From a virus (lineage: Duplodnaviria; Caudoviricetes), in IMG/VR virus record IMGVR_UViG_3300043580_000055, positions 1-28,098 of that record: a stretch of DNA of 28,098 nt. One strand, given 5' to 3'. Within the stretch, counting starts at the first letter, position 1; the number at the start of each line of letters is the position of its first letter. This document shows, in pieces, positions 25,906 to 28,098 of the stretch. The notes beneath the pieces were generated by a model. That model saw nothing but the letters and a program-made list of their open reading frames with translations, did no database searches and was not told the origin of the DNA. Made by a program: the position numbers and the translations under genes.

Positions 25906-25924
25906 TCACTCACCAGGTGAGTGG
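25906..25924. promoter_or_regulatory. Palindrome copy 5 (TCACTCACC-A-GGTGAGTGG)
   Basis: 18 bp (25907-25924) identical to 18107-18124; overlaps the stop of the upstream small gene. Confidence 0.7.
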
Positions 25925-26016
25925 GGGCGTGTCCGGTGCCACAAGACAACGGCCACAAATGCGAGCACCATCCCGATCAGAGCGAAGATGGCGGCTATCA
26001 GGTTAAGAACCGACAT
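25906..26016 (-). CDS. 36-aa membrane microprotein
   Basis: MSVLNLIAAIFALIGMVLAFVAVVLWHRTRPHSPGE; one clear TM helix; weak RBS. Confidence 0.5.
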   Translation of the reverse strand: MSVLNLIAAIFALIGMVLAFVAVVLWHRTRPHSPGE

Positions 26017-26437
26017 TCCGTGAGCGAGCCACATTGGGCAACCACACGGGGTCGGGGTGAACGGCGACGGCCTTGAACGAAGCACACGACTTGCAATGTC
26101 GTCGGTCGGTGGCATTGCCAGTGTCATCGAACTTGACGTCGTGCCAACGTGTCGCATTGGCACGCAAGGTGTTGTCGAGCGCCGACACCACTTGCATGTG
26201 AGCCGGGTTGACGCACCACCGCAACGTGCAGTTGAGATGGTCGATCGTCATCCCATCGGGAATCTCGCCGACCAGCGCCTCGTACACGTAGCGATGCAGG
26301 ATCAACGTCTTGCCGCGCAGCTTCAACTTGGCGTACTGCGACGAGTCGCGGCTGCCGGTCCAACGCCAGCAGCCACACTCATCACAGACCACGATCTTGG
26401 TTCTCACCAAGCGCGTCAAGTCATCGACTCGGTACAT
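26003..26437 (-). CDS. HNH endonuclease
   Basis: CWRWTG...Y...LHRYVYEALVGEIPDGMTIDHLNC...CVNPAHM.VVS..DN (HNH_3-type); ATG at 26437. Confidence 0.9.
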   Translation of the reverse strand: MYRVDDLTRLVRTKIVVCDECGCWRWTGSRDSSQYAKLKLRGKTLILHRYVYEALVGEIPDGMTIDHLNCTLRWCVNPAHMQVVSALDNTLRANATRWHDVKFDDTGNATDRRHCKSCASFKAVAVHPDPVWLPNVARSRNVGS

Positions 26438-26726
26438 CGTCGATCCCTGCCGCATCGTCGGGGATGCCGATGAACGCCAAGTCCTTGCCCGCCGAACGAC
26501 AGATCGCACGCAACGTGATGAACAGCGTGACGATCGCATCCTTGTCATCCTCGAAGCCGAACAGCCCGATGCCACTGCTCTTGTCGGCATCGCTGCTGAC
26601 GACGACGATCACCTGGTCGCCCTCATGGAAGTCGGGATGGACGTCGATCGCTCGCGCGACCTCGTTGGCAAGGCGTGTCTTGCGGTCGTGAGGTTCGCCC
26701 TCACTGCGGCTCACGTCATCGCTCAT
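26421..26726 (-). CDS. Hypothetical protein (101 aa)
   Basis: MSDDVSRSE...; genome-typical codons, short overlaps with neighbours. Confidence 0.7.
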   Translation of the reverse strand: MSDDVSRSEGEPHDRKTRLANEVARAIDVHPDFHEGDQVIVVVSSDADKSSGIGLFGFEDDKDAIVTLFITLRAICRSAGKDLAFIGIPDDAAGIDDVPSR

Positions 26727-26967
26727 CGCGCCACACTTGTGGATCAACGATCACGTCGCGCACATTGGTGCGTTTGATGATCTGATGTAACACCGCTTCG
26801 GGATGGTGCTCGTGCATCAGTTCCACCACGCGCTCCATCGTCGGCGCCAACACATGCAGACGCAGGTTGACGTGTTGCGGCACGACGCGTCGGACGCTGT
26901 TATCCGCCGTGCTCATGTAGTCGTATGGCTCGGACGCTTGTACGTCGAAGATGTTGGACTCAGCCAT
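26716..26967 (-). CDS. Hypothetical protein
   Basis: 83 aa; AGGAG RBS. Confidence 0.7.
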   Translation of the reverse strand: MAESNIFDVQASEPYDYMSTADNSVRRVVPQHVNLRLHVLAPTMERVVELMHEHHPEAVLHQIIKRTNVRDVIVDPQVWRDER

Positions 26968-27169
26968 CGTCGTCTCCTGACATCAACAGCATGTGCTCGT
27001 CGCCGTCAGCCTCGGCGGCGTTGCGGCTGACATGAGGCAGTCCCATCCACGAGCACACGTTGCACTGGGCCCGGTAGGTGCCGTGCGTGGTGTTGGTGCT
27101 GACGTGGAAGTCGTGCCGCTCGCGCTTGGATGGGATCACGTCCCACTCGCCATAGCTGTCAGATGGCAT
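26960..27169 (-). CDS. Small Zn-binding protein (69 aa)
   Basis: ATG at 27169 after GAGAGGT; H...YRAQCNVCSW...H. Confidence 0.65.
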   Translation of the reverse strand: MPSDSYGEWDVIPSKRERHDFHVSTNTTHGTYRAQCNVCSWMGLPHVSRNAAEADGDEHMLLMSGDDDG

Positions 27170-28097
27170 CGTCGACCTCTCGATCCTCGGGCTCGATCGC
27201 ATCCAGGATCGCACCGGGCACGAAGTTGATGAGACGGATCGGCTGGCCGCTGGCGCCCATGTGGGCCATCGCCATCGGTCGCAGGTCTTCGGCGACCTGG
27301 GGATTGGTCGTCACCAACGGCAACGACATGCCTTGCATCAGCGCCCCGATCAACTCCCACTTGGACGAGCGCGGATTCCACACCTGCCAGGCGTACATCC
27401 ATTCCGACTGGCTGGGTTCGGCCGCTGGATTGGGCCCAGGGAACGGTCCGGGTTCGTCGATAGGCGCCAACGTATCGAAATCGTCGAGACCGATCGCTTC
27501 CTCGACCGTTGCAGCCCAGCCTGGGTCGTCCTGGGCGATGCCGAGGTCGGTCGCCGACAGTGTTCTGACGCCGGGCGTGACGGTCGGGGGTGGGCCGAAC
27601 TCTTGCGTTTCCGGCTTCCAGCCCAACGCTTCACGGGCGTCATCGGGCAGCCGCAGCCGACCTGGCGCGGGCTGCAGATCACTCACCCCGGTCGCGTGCG
27701 TGCCGTCGCTCTCAGCTTCCATCTCCTGCATCGCCAGGAACGGGTTGGTGCCTTCGATCGAGGTCGCCGAGAAGCGGGCGGTGATCACCGACATCACACG
27801 TCGTGGCTGAGCATCCTCGTCCTTGCCGAAGTCCTTGGGCTGGGCGTACAGCATCGTGAGCGCGACGAAGGCAGGCAACACGCCGTACTCGCGGGCCTTG
27901 GGCTCGACCTTGTAGACGCGCTCGATCACCGCCAGATGACGGTCGCTGTTGAGCATCTCGTCGAGCGCATCGGGCCATTGTGAGCCGCGCTTCTGAGGGT
28001 TGATGGTGAGGTAGGTGTGGAGTGCTTGGGCTTGCTCGTCAGGCATCTTCTCCGCGATCCAGCGGTACGACTGACGCTCATTCAGTTGGGTTGACAT
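27159..28097 (-). CDS. Hypothetical protein, possibly 5'-truncated by the window edge
   Basis: 312 aa; helical N-terminal part, Pro/acidic linker, small C-terminal domain; ATG is at the window end so no RBS is visible. Confidence 0.7.
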   Translation of the reverse strand: MSTQLNERQSYRWIAEKMPDEQAQALHTYLTINPQKRGSQWPDALDEMLNSDRHLAVIERVYKVEPKAREYGVLPAFVALTMLYAQPKDFGKDEDAQPRRVMSVITARFSATSIEGTNPFLAMQEMEAESDGTHATGVSDLQPAPGRLRLPDDAREALGWKPETQEFGPPPTVTPGVRTLSATDLGIAQDDPGWAATVEEAIGLDDFDTLAPIDEPGPFPGPNPAAEPSQSEWMYAWQVWNPRSSKWELIGALMQGMSLPLVTTNPQVAEDLRPMAMAHMGASGQPIRLINFVPGAILDAIEPEDREVDDAI

Positions 28098-28098
28098 G

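Larger units (their letters stand above)
1..28098. mobile_element. Tailed dsDNA bacteriophage genome segment, podovirus-type organisation
   Basis: Portal-scaffold-capsid-adaptor-nozzle-fibre-internal proteins-lysin synteny. No tail tube, sheath or tape-measure module recognised. Opposite arm of small overlapping ORFs; no host housekeeping genes. Confidence 0.93.

Noticed and set aside
4131-25924. Palindromes as CRISPR repeats
   Set aside because: Copies are kilobases apart with no regular spacers, and no cas genes are present.
28086-28094. TCAACCCAA box at the window end
   Set aside because: Lies inside the first codons of the last ORF with no RBS after it; context is cut by the window edge, so it was not counted.

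Overview
High-GC window from a tailed dsDNA phage with podovirus-type gene order, probably infecting an actinobacterium (inferred from GC content, amidase type and HNH/Zn-finger families). The + arm (6-18102) runs portal, scaffold, major capsid, adaptor, nozzle, tail fibre, four putative internal virion/ejection proteins (one of 1849 aa), an HNH remnant, an intact HNH, an amidase endolysin and a small membrane protein. The - arm (18133-28097) is a packed run of about 24 mostly small genes, including an AAA+ ATPase, a second HNH and many Cys/His proteins. The arms converge on a terminator at 18063-18096. No terminase, polymerase, integrase, tRNA or CRISPR array was recognised. The most notable signals form a candidate regulatory circuit: five copies of a palindrome CACTCA-N5-TGAGTG, a start-associated (CGAAT)CAACCCA box before many - strand RBSs, strand-specific RNA hairpins and a pseudoknot, and a protein with a eukaryote-like C2H2 zinc finger + basic region + coiled coil that could bind the palindrome. 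Two HNH 3' ends also supply the RBS and TTG start of their downstream genes. All calls come from reading motifs and synteny by eye; no searches were run.
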